NCBI RefSeq assembly: GCF_009914755.1
Contig: NC_060937.1
Origin: the human T2T-CHM13v2.0 reference genome, Homo sapiens
Direction: 5' to 3' (one strand)
DNA: 64,000 nucleotides
The notes beneath the pieces are model-generated. The model worked only from the letters and a program-made list of their open reading frames with translations. It searched no databases and was not told the DNA's origin. Shown here one piece after another: positions 1-19,368 of this stretch. The position numbers were made by a program, and so were the translations under genes. Each line of letters opens with the position of its first letter. Within the stretch, counting starts at the first letter, position 1.

Positions 1-2997
<2,997 letters not shown>

Positions 2998-3004
2998 CTC
3001 TAAA

Positions 3005-3565
3005 GACTTCACATTCCAATCCTCAAAACCTGTGAATGTATTGTTAAATGGCAGAAAGAACTTTGCAGATCTGAGAATGGAGCGATTGTTCTGGATTAGC
3101 TAATTTAATCATGTGTCCTTAAAAGCAGAAAATGTTCTCTTCTGATTGCAGAAGAGAGATGCAGCAGAGAAATGCCACAGAAAGGGGAGCTGGAGAGAAT
3201 CAAAGCATGAGAGGAATTCAACCTGCTGTCACTGGAAGGGGTCCAGATGGAACGCTTGAGAAGAAACGTGTGTAGCATCTAGGAGTAAAGACTCGCCCTG
3301 GCTGACAGCTAGTAAGGAAATGGGAACCTCAGTGCTGCAGCCTCAAAGAATTGACTTTAACCCACAGCCTGTGTGCACTTAGAAGCGGATGCATTCACAA
3401 ATCTTCCAGAAGGGAATGGAGCCCCATTGACACCTTGATTTTAACCTTCTGAGATTCTAAGCAGGGAATCTAGATGAGACACGCTGTGAGATAATACATA
3501 GGTATTGTTTTAAGCTGCTAAATTTGTGGTAATTTCTTATGACAGCAATTTAAAAAACTGATACA
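3005..3565 (+). mobile_element. MLT1D/E-like MaLR LTR
   Basis: cctgtgaatg...ctttgcagat...gacaccttgattt...ttttaagctgctaaatttgtggtaattt...aactgataca. Confidence 0.8.
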
Positions 3566-4354
3566 AAGCCAGTAACCCAAATCCTGTAGTCTTCCATCCT
3601 TCACAATTTCCTACTGGCACCTCCACTCTGCAGTTCCAATCCATTTTACCTCCAAAGCATGGACTGACCCCATCTTCTCATCTCCCCAGAATTCTACTTC
3701 ATCTATCATCTGGACCATCCCAAACTGTACCCCTGTTTTGTTTTGACTTTTGACTCTCAATCTGTTCTCCAAACCGTAGCCGATTATTTACTTTAAAAAG
3801 TATGTAATCATGACATTTCTTTGCACACAGTATTTCAGTGTTTCCACATAAGCAAAGGATTCCAGTTCAGCCCCACTTTAACGCAAAGACATCCATGACA
3901 GATCCTATCTCCCCCTCCAGCCTTTTATAGCACTCTCTCTGCCTTCCTCTTTATGTGCCTATATGGAGAATTGTAACTTCCCTTCAGTACCACTCCTAGA
4001 CCCAGGCGTGCAGGGTATCTGTGCTGAGCTTAGATCTTCAGAGGCCTCAGCTCTGGTGCTGCCTGGTCTTCCCACAGGTGAGGAATCTAGGTAGCTGAGC
4101 AGAAATCACCTGTAGCCCAAGTTTCCTTCTTGTGGACCATGCCTCAGATGTTTGGTATCCCGACTTCCCTGGACAAAGGACCCAAAACCCTTTCCAAAGC
4201 TGGCATGGGTTAATTTTCTGAATTTATGCTCTGAAGGATAGCACATGCCTCTGGGCAAGTGTGAGGTAGGCTGGCCAAGAGGCAAATGTTAGCAGTGTTG
4301 CCAAAAAGGAGGAGGTGGGCTGTGGAACCAGGGGTAAGAAAACAGGAAGATGGA

Positions 4355-4691
4355 TGTCAGTCTGTTTAGGGGGTCCTATCACAAAATACCACAGACCGGG
4401 TGACTTAAATCACAGAAATTTATTTCTAACAGTTCTGAACGCTGCTAAGACAAAGATCAAGGTGCCAGCAGATCCGGTGTCTGGTGAGAACTTTCTTCCT
4501 GGTTTCCTCACATGGTGTTGTGGGTCGGGGAGGTGGGCAGAAAACTAAAACAAGGGTGTTAATCCCATCATGAGGGTTCCACCCTCATGACCCACTTACC
4601 TCCCAGAGACCCCATCCCAGATATCATTATACTGAGGATTAGAGTTTCTGCATGTGAATTTTGGAGGGACTCAAACTTTCAGCCCATAGCA
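4355..4691 (-). mobile_element. MLT1A-like MaLR LTR
   Basis: acaaaataccacagac...aatttatttc...aagatcaaggtgccagcagat...ttcagcccatagca. Confidence 0.85.
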
Positions 4692-4959
4692 GTAGACCAT
4701 CGGTTAAGGGCTGTCTTTCCTTACCATCATATTTCTAGCCTGGAATTCCAATAAATTCTAAAATTCCAAATTAGAACCCAGCCTTCCAAGATGTTATGAA
4801 GATATATTTGTCAAGGTAGGAGCATAAACCTTGTTTTACATAGCAGGTGGTTAGCTTGATTTATAGTGTCTAACTATTTAGATGTAAGATATGCTACCTC
4901 CATTTGCACTTTTACCCCAGTCTCCACAAACAGTGGGGGTATGTTTCCCCCACATACCA

Positions 4960-5260
4960 TGTCTTCATGTTGTTTCTTCCTGTGTTCCATGTTCTTCTCA
5001 ATGCCTGGAAAGGTCTGCCCACCATTCTTCACCTGGCTAACTCTCACACATGGCTCAGGACTCAGGTTAGTGGTGGCCTCCCCCAGAAAGCCTTCAATGA
5101 TTCTCCAGTGCCCCCTCCACTCAACATGCACGTATGTGAAATTATTAAAACACTCCCACACTGTAAGACAAAGAATAGAGACTACATTTTATCCATTTTG
5201 TTTCACTACCATGGTGTCTGGTGCATGGTGTGGGTTTAATTAAAGTTTATTGAACTGAAT
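4960..5260 (+). mobile_element. L2 3' end remnant
   Basis: tgcctggaa...cacctggctaactc...gaaagccttc...gtttattgaactgaat. Confidence 0.6.
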
Positions 5261-5397
5261 ACTGAAAGCAAATGGTAAATGCTTCATTCAGAATATATTC
5301 AACAAGCATTTAAGGAATAATAGTACAAAGTGAAGAAGAAAATTACTGGGGGTGGGAGAGGACAGATGTGGCAGATCCCTTGTTCCAGGTCACACAA

Positions 5398-5580
5398 TAG
5401 TAATAATCATTGCCATTTCTTGAACACTAACCATTTGCCAGAAACAGCACGAAGTATTTCACATGGGTTACATTTAATCCTTCCAACCCCAAGAGGTAGA
5501 AACTATTATATCTTCATTTTACAAATGAGAAAACTGAGGCTTACATAGGTTAAGTGATTTGCCTAAAGACTCAAAGACAG
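5398..5580 (-). mobile_element. MIR
   Basis: Core cattttacaaatgagaaaactgaggct...ggttaagtgatttgcc. Confidence 0.85.
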
Positions 5581-7214
5581 AAAGGGCTCCAAAGCCTCTG
5601 CTTTAACTATGGGAGCATGCTGCTTCCTGACACCTCCCATGCACAGAAAAGGGAGCTAGACCCTTGTCCTTTTTTTTTTTTTTTTTAAAGAGAAGATACA
5701 AATGGTAATTCCCAAGGGCATGAGTAAATGTTAGTTGAAAGTTAATTGCATGTGCTTCAGAAATAAATGTGGGAACATCTGAAATGTGTAAATAACAATA
5801 AGATTGCAAAGTAAGAAGGACCATTTGGATTACAATAAGGAAATGATCATGTTCTCTGCTGACAGTGAGCTGGGGGTGTGTCCCAGAGGAAGTTGGGAGG
5901 TCTTGTCTGGAGGCCCTCGCTGCAGTCGACTGGAAAGTTCTTAACACAGGATGTGAGAAGGGAATGTATGGGGGCTGAATTGGTCTTCAAATCCAAAATG
6001 TAATACCAACACAAGTTTTACATTAAAATATTTAAAGATAGAAATTGTTCTTCCCAACAGTTTTTCATTTAAAAGAGGAGTTGCAGCATTTCCTCAAATG
6101 TTATTTAAGGCCATTTAAATGCCACCTAATTGGACTAAATTATTGTTTCTTAAGTTGAATTCAGGAAAGTAACTCTTTGCCATTTGTAAAAACTGCATTC
6201 AAGCCAAATAAGCAGTAAGATTGTAGCAGGAAAAAAAGAAACAAACCTCACCCACAAACTCTTGTACCAGAAATTTCTCTATTTTCTTATGACTGAACTT
6301 AATATTTATTTTCATTTCCTATTTGGCCAAATGGTTGGAAATTTGATCTCAGTCAAGACAATGTGGTCTCCTACCCCCACTTTCAGCTACTCCTTCCTTT
6401 CCTCGGGATTAGGTCTAAATATAGGGTGGCTTACATAGTGTAGAGGCATGGGCAGGGGCTGAAAGAAGGGCTGGCATCCACGCCTGCAGGACCTACAGTG
6501 ATTGTTGTAGGTCTCAGCTGCCTCCCTCCTCAGCCACAGCCTCAGCCTCCTTCTGGCTCCTCCGCTTTTGTGCCATGTCCATCCTTCTTGGGTGCATGTC
6601 ATCATTCCATTGCTTCTGTGCCAAGGAGTAGAACTGAGAACCTGACGAAACTGTCTGAGGCTCATTCACCCAGCCCTGCTTCTGCTCCCTGCCATGAAGG
6701 CTGGGGATGCTGAAGGCTCCCTCTGTCTCCAAGGGATGGGGACTTAGATCCTCTTTGCTCCTGGACCTTCCAACTGCATCCAGAGTTCTATGGCACCCTC
6801 TCCCCCTGGGTGTTTGGCTAAGAAGAAGCAGGTCACTGGCTCCCTTCTCAGAAACCAACAGTGTCTAAATTCTGCGTCTGCCTTTTGAACTTCTCCTTCC
6901 TCATCCCAGATAATCTTTCTCCAGCTTGAGGCAGGAATGCTTGCTCTTATCTCATCATGCATCGTTTCAAATCTCTTGTTTCATTCCAAGATCTAGGCTT
7001 ATGCAACACCAAAGCCAGGAATAGACTCCTTTGACTTTGCAATTTTTTCTCTCCCTTGACAGCAGGTATAAGAAATTCCTTACCTTGGCTGAAGGGGCAC
7101 CCATGGGGTGGAAGAAAGGGGATACGATAAAACTTATAAAACACTGCCACTACCATAGCTCAGAGAAAAGCACCAGATGAGGAATCAGGAGATTGGGAGT
7201 TTGCCATGTGATCA

Positions 7215-7945
7215 TGTTACAGTAGGCAACTAGTCAGACATGAGCAGGGCAGAAGAGCCTCCCCCAACCCCACCAGGAATGTCAGGCAACCATCAGGTGA
7301 TGGCCAGGAGGTTTTTAAACTATCTCTCTAAAGTAATAATGGGTTGCAGCCAGCGCCATGAAAAGACAGTCTCCCAACAGATAGAAAACACCTGAAGCTG
7401 GTGATCAGCGGCTTCCCGATAAGATCTCAGGAGTTGGGCAAGTGGGCTCAAGCATGCACACTAAGAGGTGTCCACTCACCCAACTGAGGCAAAATGGCCT
7501 CAGAGTTTAACTGGTATATGACCTTCCTTTAGGAACACTGGACTGGTAAGGGAAAACGCCTCAGGTGAGCATGCACACAACTTCAGTAAACACACTGCAC
7601 ACGCAGGCCCTCCCAAGCACTAGCAGGCCACTGCACATGCAGACAGCCAAAGGGAAGAATCAGGAGAGAAGGGCTGCAACCTCCCAAGAAGCATGCCAAT
7701 GTGTAAAACCCCAGGTCAAAGGTCAAACTGTGCCCTTGATCTCTCAAGTCTCCCACTTGGCCCTCTTCCAAGTATATTTTGTATTTTTTTCTCTCTTGTT
7801 CTAAAGCTTTTTAATAACTTCTACTCCTGCCCTAAAACTTGCCTCAGTCTCTCACTCTGCTTTATGCACTTTGGTCAAATTATTTCTTCTGAGGAGGCAA
7901 GAACTGAGGTTGGTCTAGACCCATACAGATTTGCCACCGATAGCA
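7215..7945 (+). mobile_element. MER50 solo LTR (ERV1) inserted in a MIR
   Basis: TG...CA termini, 4-bp TSD ATCA (7211-7214, 7946-7949), and MER50-type cagacatgagcagggcag...aggaatgtcaggc...gataagatctcaggagttggg. MIR halves lie on both sides. Confidence 0.85.
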
Positions 7946-9099
7946 ATCATGGCCAAGTCATTTCCTCTCAGGAACTTGGTTTCTTCATCCATACGATCGG
8001 AGGTAAGAGTAGGCATTTTCCATCTTTTTTTTTTTTTTTTTTTGACTCTAGAAATACTACTTTATCTGATTTTTAAAGAAGATTTCCATCTGGCTCTGGT
8101 GACTTTGAAACTCTGTGATCATATACGCGTGAGAAATAATGTGGGGCGCCATGATTTACTCTCCACTCCACACATTTACAGATCACAAAAATGAGATCCC
8201 TTGTAACCAGGTTCAGAATTATTTAATTGAGGTTAAGATCTAATTTTCATAGCTCAAAAAGTCATGTATGTAATGGATATGTCTCATGTCATTTAAAAGT
8301 TTTTCTCTAAAATTTGTGACTTGAAATATACAGGATTCTCATCACTCTCTTTCAATGTGTTCTAATTAGTAATAATATTTCTTATTTACTTTATGGATTT
8401 TTTAGTTTTGTTGTTATTAGAACCGAGAAAAAAATTGACAAGGTTAATGAGTACCTGATAGAGAGGTGTTTTACAAAATAATTACAATTATATTTTTACA
8501 AAAATTTGTAAAGTAGCTTATTTTCAGAAATTGTGGACTGTTTTAAATAAGGTTTTCAATTTTAAAAATAAATGACTTATAGTAAAACTTCATCAGATAA
8601 GGTCAAGTGTTCTTTTGACAATTTATTCCAAAATTCAGAGAGAAAAACACTCACTAAATAACATAATAAAAAAATAATGTCTGACTTCCAGGCCACCAAG
8701 AGAAGTAGAAATGAAGTTATAAATATCACACAATGCTCTAAATCAGTGTGGCAGAAAGTCTATTTTTGTCACCTGCTGGCTCCCTTGTTATTATTTTTTT
8801 CTTGCTAACATAGTTGATATGTTATATATAGCATACATGCTATAAAACACCAAGCCCATGTTTTCAGTTTTCAGACAGTATGAAGAGAAAATTCAAATGA
8901 GAATCTAATTTCAGCTTTGATGCCAGTTACTCTTGTGACTTTGAGGAAGTTCTTTAACTCTGTTTGTATTGAGTTTAAGAGAGGTGACTTCTAAGAGTTC
9001 TGCCAGCCTTAAAATTATTTGATTCTGTACATTTTTCCTTAGCTCTAAAATAGGGACAATAATATTTGTACTATCTCACAGTGTTGATAGGAGAATTAA

Positions 9100-9290
9100 G
9101 TTCTTTTACTCAATAGAATCTGTAATTTTGCATTTGTGTAATTATTTGCTTAATGCCTATCACCCCAGCAGGCTGTCAGCTCCGTGGGGATAGGGAGAGT
9201 GTCTGTCTGATGCACTGCTCTATTTCTAGTACCTAGCACAGTGCCAGGCACATCACAGAGGCTCAGTTTACATGTCTGGTGAATGAGAAG
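9100..9290 (+). mobile_element. L2 3' end (MIR fragments at about 8890-9100)
   Basis: ctgtcagctcc...cctagcacagtgccaggcaca. Confidence 0.65.
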
Positions 9291-9439
9291 AATCAACCTA
9301 AGTATTCATTTATAGGGCATTGAAAACTGGCGAGCCTCGACCCTGCTTCCTCAGAAAAAAGTTATAGAAACGTGGCCATGTTTTGTATCAACCATTGATA
9401 AAAACTCAAATTCTTTTTCTCAAAGAGAAATAGCATAAC

Positions 9440-9940
9440 TTAGTACTGCTCCAAGCATGGCCCACAGACAAGCCCCAACAGCATCAACTGAGTTCTGCCT
9501 AGAAATGCAGGTTGGGCGCCCGGGTTCATACCTGTCATCCTAGCACATTGGGAGGCTGAGGCAGGAGGATCTCTTGAGCTGAGGAGTTTAAGACCAGCCT
9601 AGCCAACATAGTGAGACCTCATCTCTACTAAAAATTAAAAAAAATTAGCTGGATGCGGTGGCGCATGCCTGTATTCCCAGCTACTCAGAAGGCTGAGGAG
9701 GAAGGATCACTTGAGGCTGGGAGGTCAAGGCTGCAGTAAGCCATGATCACTCCATTGCACTCCAGTCTGGGCGACAGAGTAAGACCCTGTCTCAAAAAAC
9801 AAAAACAAAAATAAATGCAAATTCTCTTTCCCTATCTCAGAAGTACTAAAAGAAACTCCAGGGGCAGGGCTAGCGCTCTGTGTAAATGTTTACAAGCCCT
9901 CTCTGTGATTATGATGTACCCTCAAGTTTTTGAACCACTG
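9440..9940. mobile_element. MER5A split by an Alu
   Basis: cagcatca...tagaaatgca|aaattctc...acaagccctc...tttgaaccactg. Confidence 0.65.
9510..9812 (+). mobile_element. AluJ
   Basis: Dimeric Alu, A-tail, aaatgca TSD. Confidence 0.93.
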
Positions 9941-10039
9941 TCTCGAACAATCTACTTATCTTCTTTACATACATATTATTTTACTTCTCTCAGTCCTAAA
10001 TTAAGTTCTCTAGCTTCAGCTTGGAAAATAATAACAATT

Positions 10040-10270
10040 ACATCATCAACAACAATAATAATAGCTAATACTTTTTGAGTACCTTCCTAGGCTCCAGACC
10101 TTGATTGTAATGCATAAGTCCCACACAAACTTATTGGGGCAACAAACATTATTCTATCTATTTTCTATACTACAAAACCAAGATTTTATTAAATTTTCCC
10201 ATGGTCAATAAACTAGTGCTTCACATCTCAGTAGCCTGGTACTAGAGCTGGGCTTTTAACTACTATATGA
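10040..10270 (-). mobile_element. MIR (degenerate)
   Basis: ataatagctaatactttttgagtacc...ttttaactactat. Confidence 0.55.
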
Positions 10271-11179
10271 TACAGATTCTATGCTCAGCTCCTGGCTGAA
10301 GTTCTACCCGCTCCCTTATATTTTGGATCCCAGCTATATAATGAGGGGCACATATGAGCAAGTCTGTAAAGCTGACCTGACTCCGCATTCATGTGAAGAG
10401 TGAAACACCTTCCCAGGAGATGAGCCATGGGATACCTGACATCAAAGTCAGATTTTTCCTTAAGAATTATCTTTGGATCTTTTCTCATGAAAAGATGAAA
10501 TTGTTTAGTGTTGTCTGCATAAACTCCAGTGAGTGCCAAAAACTGATTATTTTCAATTTGGCAGACTTAATACTAATCAGTCATTTCTGGAAACACTCAG
10601 ACAATGGTATCCATTGTTTCTCGAGGTTTATTTTCTCCTTCATCAACCTCAAAAGAGAACTTAGAAAATGGAAGAAAGGAGTAAGTTGAGATGGGATGCA
10701 GGAGGAGAGGGGGAAGAGAAGAATGTGTGAGAGGAGAAGAAAAAAAGTCAGAGATTGATTTTTTATCCTGCCTTCCATCATTGGTGTAGGAAGTGTCACT
10801 GTGAGGAATCAGGAGTGGGGAGGTAGGCTGAGACCTACCTGGTCAGGGTGTCATGGCAATGAGTGAAGCAGAGATGTGAAGGTTGCCTGAAACTGTATGT
10901 GTGGACCTAGGGACAACTTAGGACTTACCTACTATACCTGGTGTAGGAAATCAGAGGCTAAATGTTGCATGTGCCTAGCATGACTGATATTGAAAAAGAA
11001 TCAATGAAGGCAGCAGATAGATTGTGGTCAGAGGCAACCGCTAATAGAGCTCCCAAAGAGAAACTGTGCTAATGGAGTTGGCTCCCATGGGCTTTCAAGG
11101 AAGACTGTCCTGGGGACTTGCCTTTCCAGCACCAGTCAAGCTGGTTTCTTTTAGGGGCCCAGTCAACAGCAGTGAGAAA

Positions 11180-11370
11180 GCAACTACTATTGACTGAGTG
11201 CCTACCATGCCAGGCAGTTTGCTACTCATTTTATGGACACTAATCCAGTTGAACTTCCCAAAACATCTGGAAAGTGGCATTATAGTCCCCATTTTACACC
11301 AGAGGACACCAACGTTCCACAATATTAATTAACTTGTCTAAGAGCATCAATTGGTAAGTAGTAGAGCCAT
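11180..11370 (-). mobile_element. MIR
   Basis: tgagtgcctaccatgccaggca...ccccattttacac...aacttgtctaag. Confidence 0.75.
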
Positions 11371-11736
11371 TCAACTTTTTCTGGTTGTTGTTTTTTTTTT
11401 CCTATCAGACTCTACCTCTTAGAATGGTGGGAGGGAGAGAGGAGAAGAGGGAATTTTAGGAAACAGTGCCAGCTACTAAGGCTAAATGGGAAACGCTCGA
11501 GTGAGACTGGACTCCTCCTCAGTTATTTGAGTTATTGCTCTTTCAAGTTATATTTTTGGGATCTTGATTAGGTCCCTGGTTGAAGTTATCAAAAAAGTAG
11601 CCCATGAATTCAAAACATTAGGCTTCATCAGTGTATATGAGGGAATCCTCTTTTGTTTATAAAACTGATCAGTGTTTCCCAAGATCATCAGTCTTGGGGT
11701 AAAAATGAGACTATACTGTTAGTATAAATAACTCTT

Positions 11737-12043
11737 GGCTGGGTGCAGTGGCTCACACCTGTAATCCCAGCACTTTGGGAGGCTGAGGCAGGCATATCAC
11801 TTGAGGTCAGGAGTTCAAGACCAGCCTGGCCAAATTAGCAAAATCCCATCTCTACTAAAAATACAAAAATTAGCTGGGCATGGTGGCACGTACCTGTAAT
11901 CCCAGCTACTCAGGAGGCTGAGGTAGGAGAATCACTTGAACCTGGGGGGCGGAGGTTGCAGTAGCACCACTGCACTCTAGCCTGGGTGACAGAGCAAGAC
12001 TCTGTCTCAAAACAACAACAACAAAAAAATAAAAACAAAAAAA
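11737..12043 (+). mobile_element. AluS
   Basis: gaggtcaggagttcaagaccagcctggcc; small deletion in the right arm; A/C-rich tail. Confidence 0.95.
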
Positions 12044-12136
12044 CTTTTGACTGTCATACTATTCATGTACTGTTATAAGCCTTACTATAGTTTGAATGTT
12101 TGTCCTCCAAATCTCATGTTGAAATTTGATCCCCAA

Positions 12137-13048
12137 GAAAGGGGAGCCAAGATGGCCGAATAGGAACAGCTCTGGTCTACAGCTCCCAGCCTAAGCGACA
12201 CAGAAGACGGTGATTTCTGCATTTCCATCTGAGGTACCGGGTTCATCTCACTAGGGAGTGCCAGACAGTGGGTGCCGGTCAGTGGGCGCGCGCACCGTGC
12301 ACGAGCCGAAGCAGGGCAAGGCATTGCCTCACCTGGGAAACTCAAGGGGTCAGGGAGTTCCCTTTCCGAGTCAAAGAAAGGGGTGACGGACGGCACCTGG
12401 AAAATCGAGTCACTCCCACCCGAATACTGCGCTTTTCCGACGGGCTTAAAAAACGGCGCACCACGAGATTGTATCCCGCACCTGGCTTGGAGGGTCCTAT
12501 GCCCACAGAGTCTCGCTGATTGCTAGCACAGCAGTCTGAGATCAAACTGCAAGGCAGCAGCGGCAGCGAGGCTGGGGGAGGGGCGCCCGCCATTGCCCAG
12601 GCTTGATTAGGTAAACAAAGCAGCCAGGAAGCTCGAACTGGGTGGAGTCCACCACAGCTCAAGGAGGCCTGGCTGCCTCTGTAGGCTCCACCTCTGGGGG
12701 CAGGGCACAGACAAACAAAAAGACAGAAGTAACCTCTGCAGACTTAAATGTCCCTGTCTGACAGCTTTGAAGAGAGCAGTGATTCTCCCAGCACGCAGCT
12801 GGAGATCTGAGAACGGGCAGACTGCCTCCTCAAGTGGGTCCCTGACCCCTGACCCCTGAGCAGCCTAACTGGGAGGCACCCCCCAGCAGGGGCACACTGA
12901 CACCTCACACGGCAGGGTATTCCAACAGACCTGCAGCTGAGGGTCCTGTCTGTTAGAAGGAAAACTAACAAACAGAAAGGACATCCACACCAAAAACCCA
13001 TCTGTACATCACCATCATCAAAGACCAAAAGTAGATAAAACCACAAAG
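12137..13048. promoter_or_regulatory. L1 5'UTR: sense promoter (YY1 site) and antisense promoter; CpG-rich
   Basis: AAGATGGCC at 12149-12157; many retained CpGs; SOX-type aaacaaa sites at about 12613 and 12712. Confidence 0.85.
12342..12593 (-). CDS. ORF0: L1 antisense ORF0, open, 83 aa
   Basis: MAGAPPPASLPLLPCSLISDCCASNQRDSV...RRFLS...; starts at the ATG at 12593 within the listed 12342-12662 ORF. Confidence 0.8.
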   Translation of the reverse strand: MAGAPPPASLPLLPCSLISDCCASNQRDSVGIGPSKPGAGYNLVVRRFLSPSEKRSIRVGVTRFSRCRPSPLSLTRKGNSLTP

Positions 13049-14065
13049 ATGGGGAAAAAACAGAACAGAAAAACTGGAAACTCTAAAAAGCAGAGCGCCT
13101 CTCCTCCTCCAAAGGAACGCAGTTCCTCACCAGCAACGGAACAAAGCTGGATGGAGAATGACTTTGACGAGCTGAGAGAAGAAGGCTTCAGACGATCAAA
13201 TTACTCTGAGCTATGGGAGGACATTCAAACCAAAGGCAAAGAAGTTGAAAACTTTGAAAAAAATTTAGAAGAATGTATAACTAGAATAACCAATACAGAG
13301 AAGTGCTTAAAGGAGCTGATGGAGCTGAAAACCAAGGCTCGAGAACTACGTGAAGAATGCAGAAGCCTCAGGAGCCGATGTGATCAACTGGAAGAAAGGG
13401 TATCAGCGATGGAAGATGAAATGAATGAAATGAAGCGAGAAGGGAAGTTTAGAGAAAAAAGAATACAAAGAAATGAGCAAAGCCTCCAAGAAATATGGGA
13501 CTATGTGAAAAGACCAAATCTACGTCTGATTGGTGTACCTGAAAGTGATGGGGAGAATGGAACCAAGTTGGAAAACACTCTGCAGGATATTATCCAGGAG
13601 AACTTCCCCAATCTAGCAAGGCAGGCCAACGTTCAGATTCAGGAAATACAGAGAACGCCACAAAGATACTCCTCGAGAAGAGCAACTCCAAGACACATAA
13701 TTGTCAGATTCACCAAAGTTGAAATGAAGGAAAAAATGTTAAGGGCAGCCAGAGAGAAAGGTCGGGTTACCCTCAAAGGGAAGCCCATCAGACTAACAGT
13801 GGATCTCTCGGCAGAAACCCTACAAGCCACAAGAGAGTGGGGGCCAATATTCAACATTCTTAAAGACAAGAATTTTCAACCCACAATTTCATATCCAGCC
13901 AAACTAAGCTTCATAAGTGAAGGAGAAATAAAATACTTTACAGACAAGCAAATGCTGAGAGATTTTGTCACCACCAGGCCTGCCCTAAAAGAGCTCCTGA
14001 AGGAAGCGCTAAACATGGAAAGGAACAACCAGTACCAGCCGCTGCAAAATCATGCCAAAATGTAA
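13049..14065 (+). CDS. ORF1: L1 ORF1p, full-length 338 aa (R261T)
   Basis: MGKKQNRKTG...NHAKM; coiled coil, RRM, REKG and YPAKLS motifs present. Confidence 0.95.
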   Translation: MGKKQNRKTGNSKKQSASPPPKERSSSPATEQSWMENDFDELREEGFRRSNYSELWEDIQTKGKEVENFEKNLEECITRITNTEKCLKELMELKTKARELREECRSLRSRCDQLEERVSAMEDEMNEMKREGKFREKRIQRNEQSLQEIWDYVKRPNLRLIGVPESDGENGTKLENTLQDIIQENFPNLARQANVQIQEIQRTPQRYSSRRATPRHIIVRFTKVEMKEKMLRAAREKGRVTLKGKPIRLTVDLSAETLQATREWGPIFNILKDKNFQPTISYPAKLSFISEGEIKYFTDKQMLRDFVTTRPALKELLKEALNMERNNQYQPLQNHAKM

Positions 14066-14113
14066 AGACCATCAAGACTAGGAAGAAACTGCATCAACTA
14101 ACGAGCAAAATAA

Positions 14114-17956
<3,843 letters not shown>

Positions 17957-19025
17957 ACAATGAGATCACATGGACACAGGAAGGGGAATATCACACTCTG
18001 GGGACTGTTGTGGGGTGGGGGGAGGGGGGAGCGATAGCATTGGGAGATATACCTAATGCTAGATGACGAGTTAGTGGGTGCAGTGCACCAGCATGGCACA
18101 TGTATACATATGTAACTAACCTGCACAATGTGCACATGTACCCTAAAACTTAAAGTATAATAAAAAAAAAAAAAGAAATTTGATCCCCAATATTGGAGGT
18201 GGGGCCTGGTGGGAGGTGTTTGGGTCATGAGGGTGGATCCCTCATGAATGTCTTGGTGACGTTCTCATGGCAATGAGTTCTCACTTTATTGGTTCTCATG
18301 AGCTGGTTGTTTAAAAGGGTCTGGCAACTTCCTCCTCTCTCTCTTCCTCTCTCATCATGTGACCTCTGTACACACCAGTTTCCCTTTGCCTTCTACCATG
18401 AATGGAAGCAGCCTGAGGGCCTCACAAGAAGCCAAGCAGATGCCGGCACCATGCTTCTTATACAGCCTGTGGAACTGTGAGCCAAATAAACTTCTTTTTA
18501 AATAAATTGCCCAGCCACAGGTATTCCTTTATAGCAACACAAACGGACTAAGACAAGCTCCCTCAAAGCCACCTCCAATAATTTTAAGGAGCCTACAAGG
18601 GTGTCTCATAGGGATTAACAAGGCTTCTCAACTAGGATACGGCATCTCCCATTTTCTCCCTTTCGTGCTTCTGACAATGTCAGCTGCTGGGTCCTCTCAG
18701 TGCTACTACTAGCAGAGTTGTTTGAATTTGATTCAAGACTGTCACTGGTATTTAGACCCACATGGAAACCACAGCTTACCAAATGGTCCTCTCACTGTTC
18801 CTGACTGTGGAGTGGGTTGACCCACTGCCAGGAACCATGACCGTGCCTGAAGCTGGCCACTAGAAATGTTCGTATTAGACCAAGTTTGCAATGGCCAATG
18901 AGTAAATGAAAGGTACAGTACTGCATGTTGATATGCTGAGTCTTGGGCTCTGAACTCTAATGCTGACCTCTAATGAACTGGACAGGACAATGCAGAAGAT
19001 TCCTTTTCCTTAAACTAGGAAGGTA

Positions 19026-19335
19026 TAAACATTATGCTAAGTGAAAGAAGCCAGACATAAAAGGCCATATATTATAGGATTCCATTTATATGAAATGTCC
19101 AGAATAGGCAAATCCATAGAGGCATAAAGTAGATTAGTTTTTGCCAGGACCTGGGGATAGGGAGAATTGAGAGGTGACTGCTTGTGGGTAAGGGGCTTCT
19201 TTTTGGAGCGATGGAAATGTTTTAGAATTACATAGTGACAATGATTGCACAATACAGTGAATATACTAAAAACCACAACATTGTATACTTTTAAATGGTA
19301 AATTTTGTTACGTGAATTATATGTCAATAAAAAGA
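19026..19335 (+). mobile_element. Old L1 (L1MB/ME) 3' end
   Basis: aacattatgctaagtgaaagaagccagac...ttccatttatatgaaatgtccagaataggcaaatccatagag...caataaa. Confidence 0.85.
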
Positions 19336-19368
19336 GTTTAAAATTAAATAAATAAAAAGCTTTGGTTT

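Noticed and set aside
6387-6962. Overlapping ORFs with PQPQPQ / EAEAVAEE
   Set aside because: Produced by a short ctcagc repeat; no homology I recognise and no exon series.
18000-18030. G-quadruplex-forming G tract
   Set aside because: Standard feature of L1 3' UTRs.
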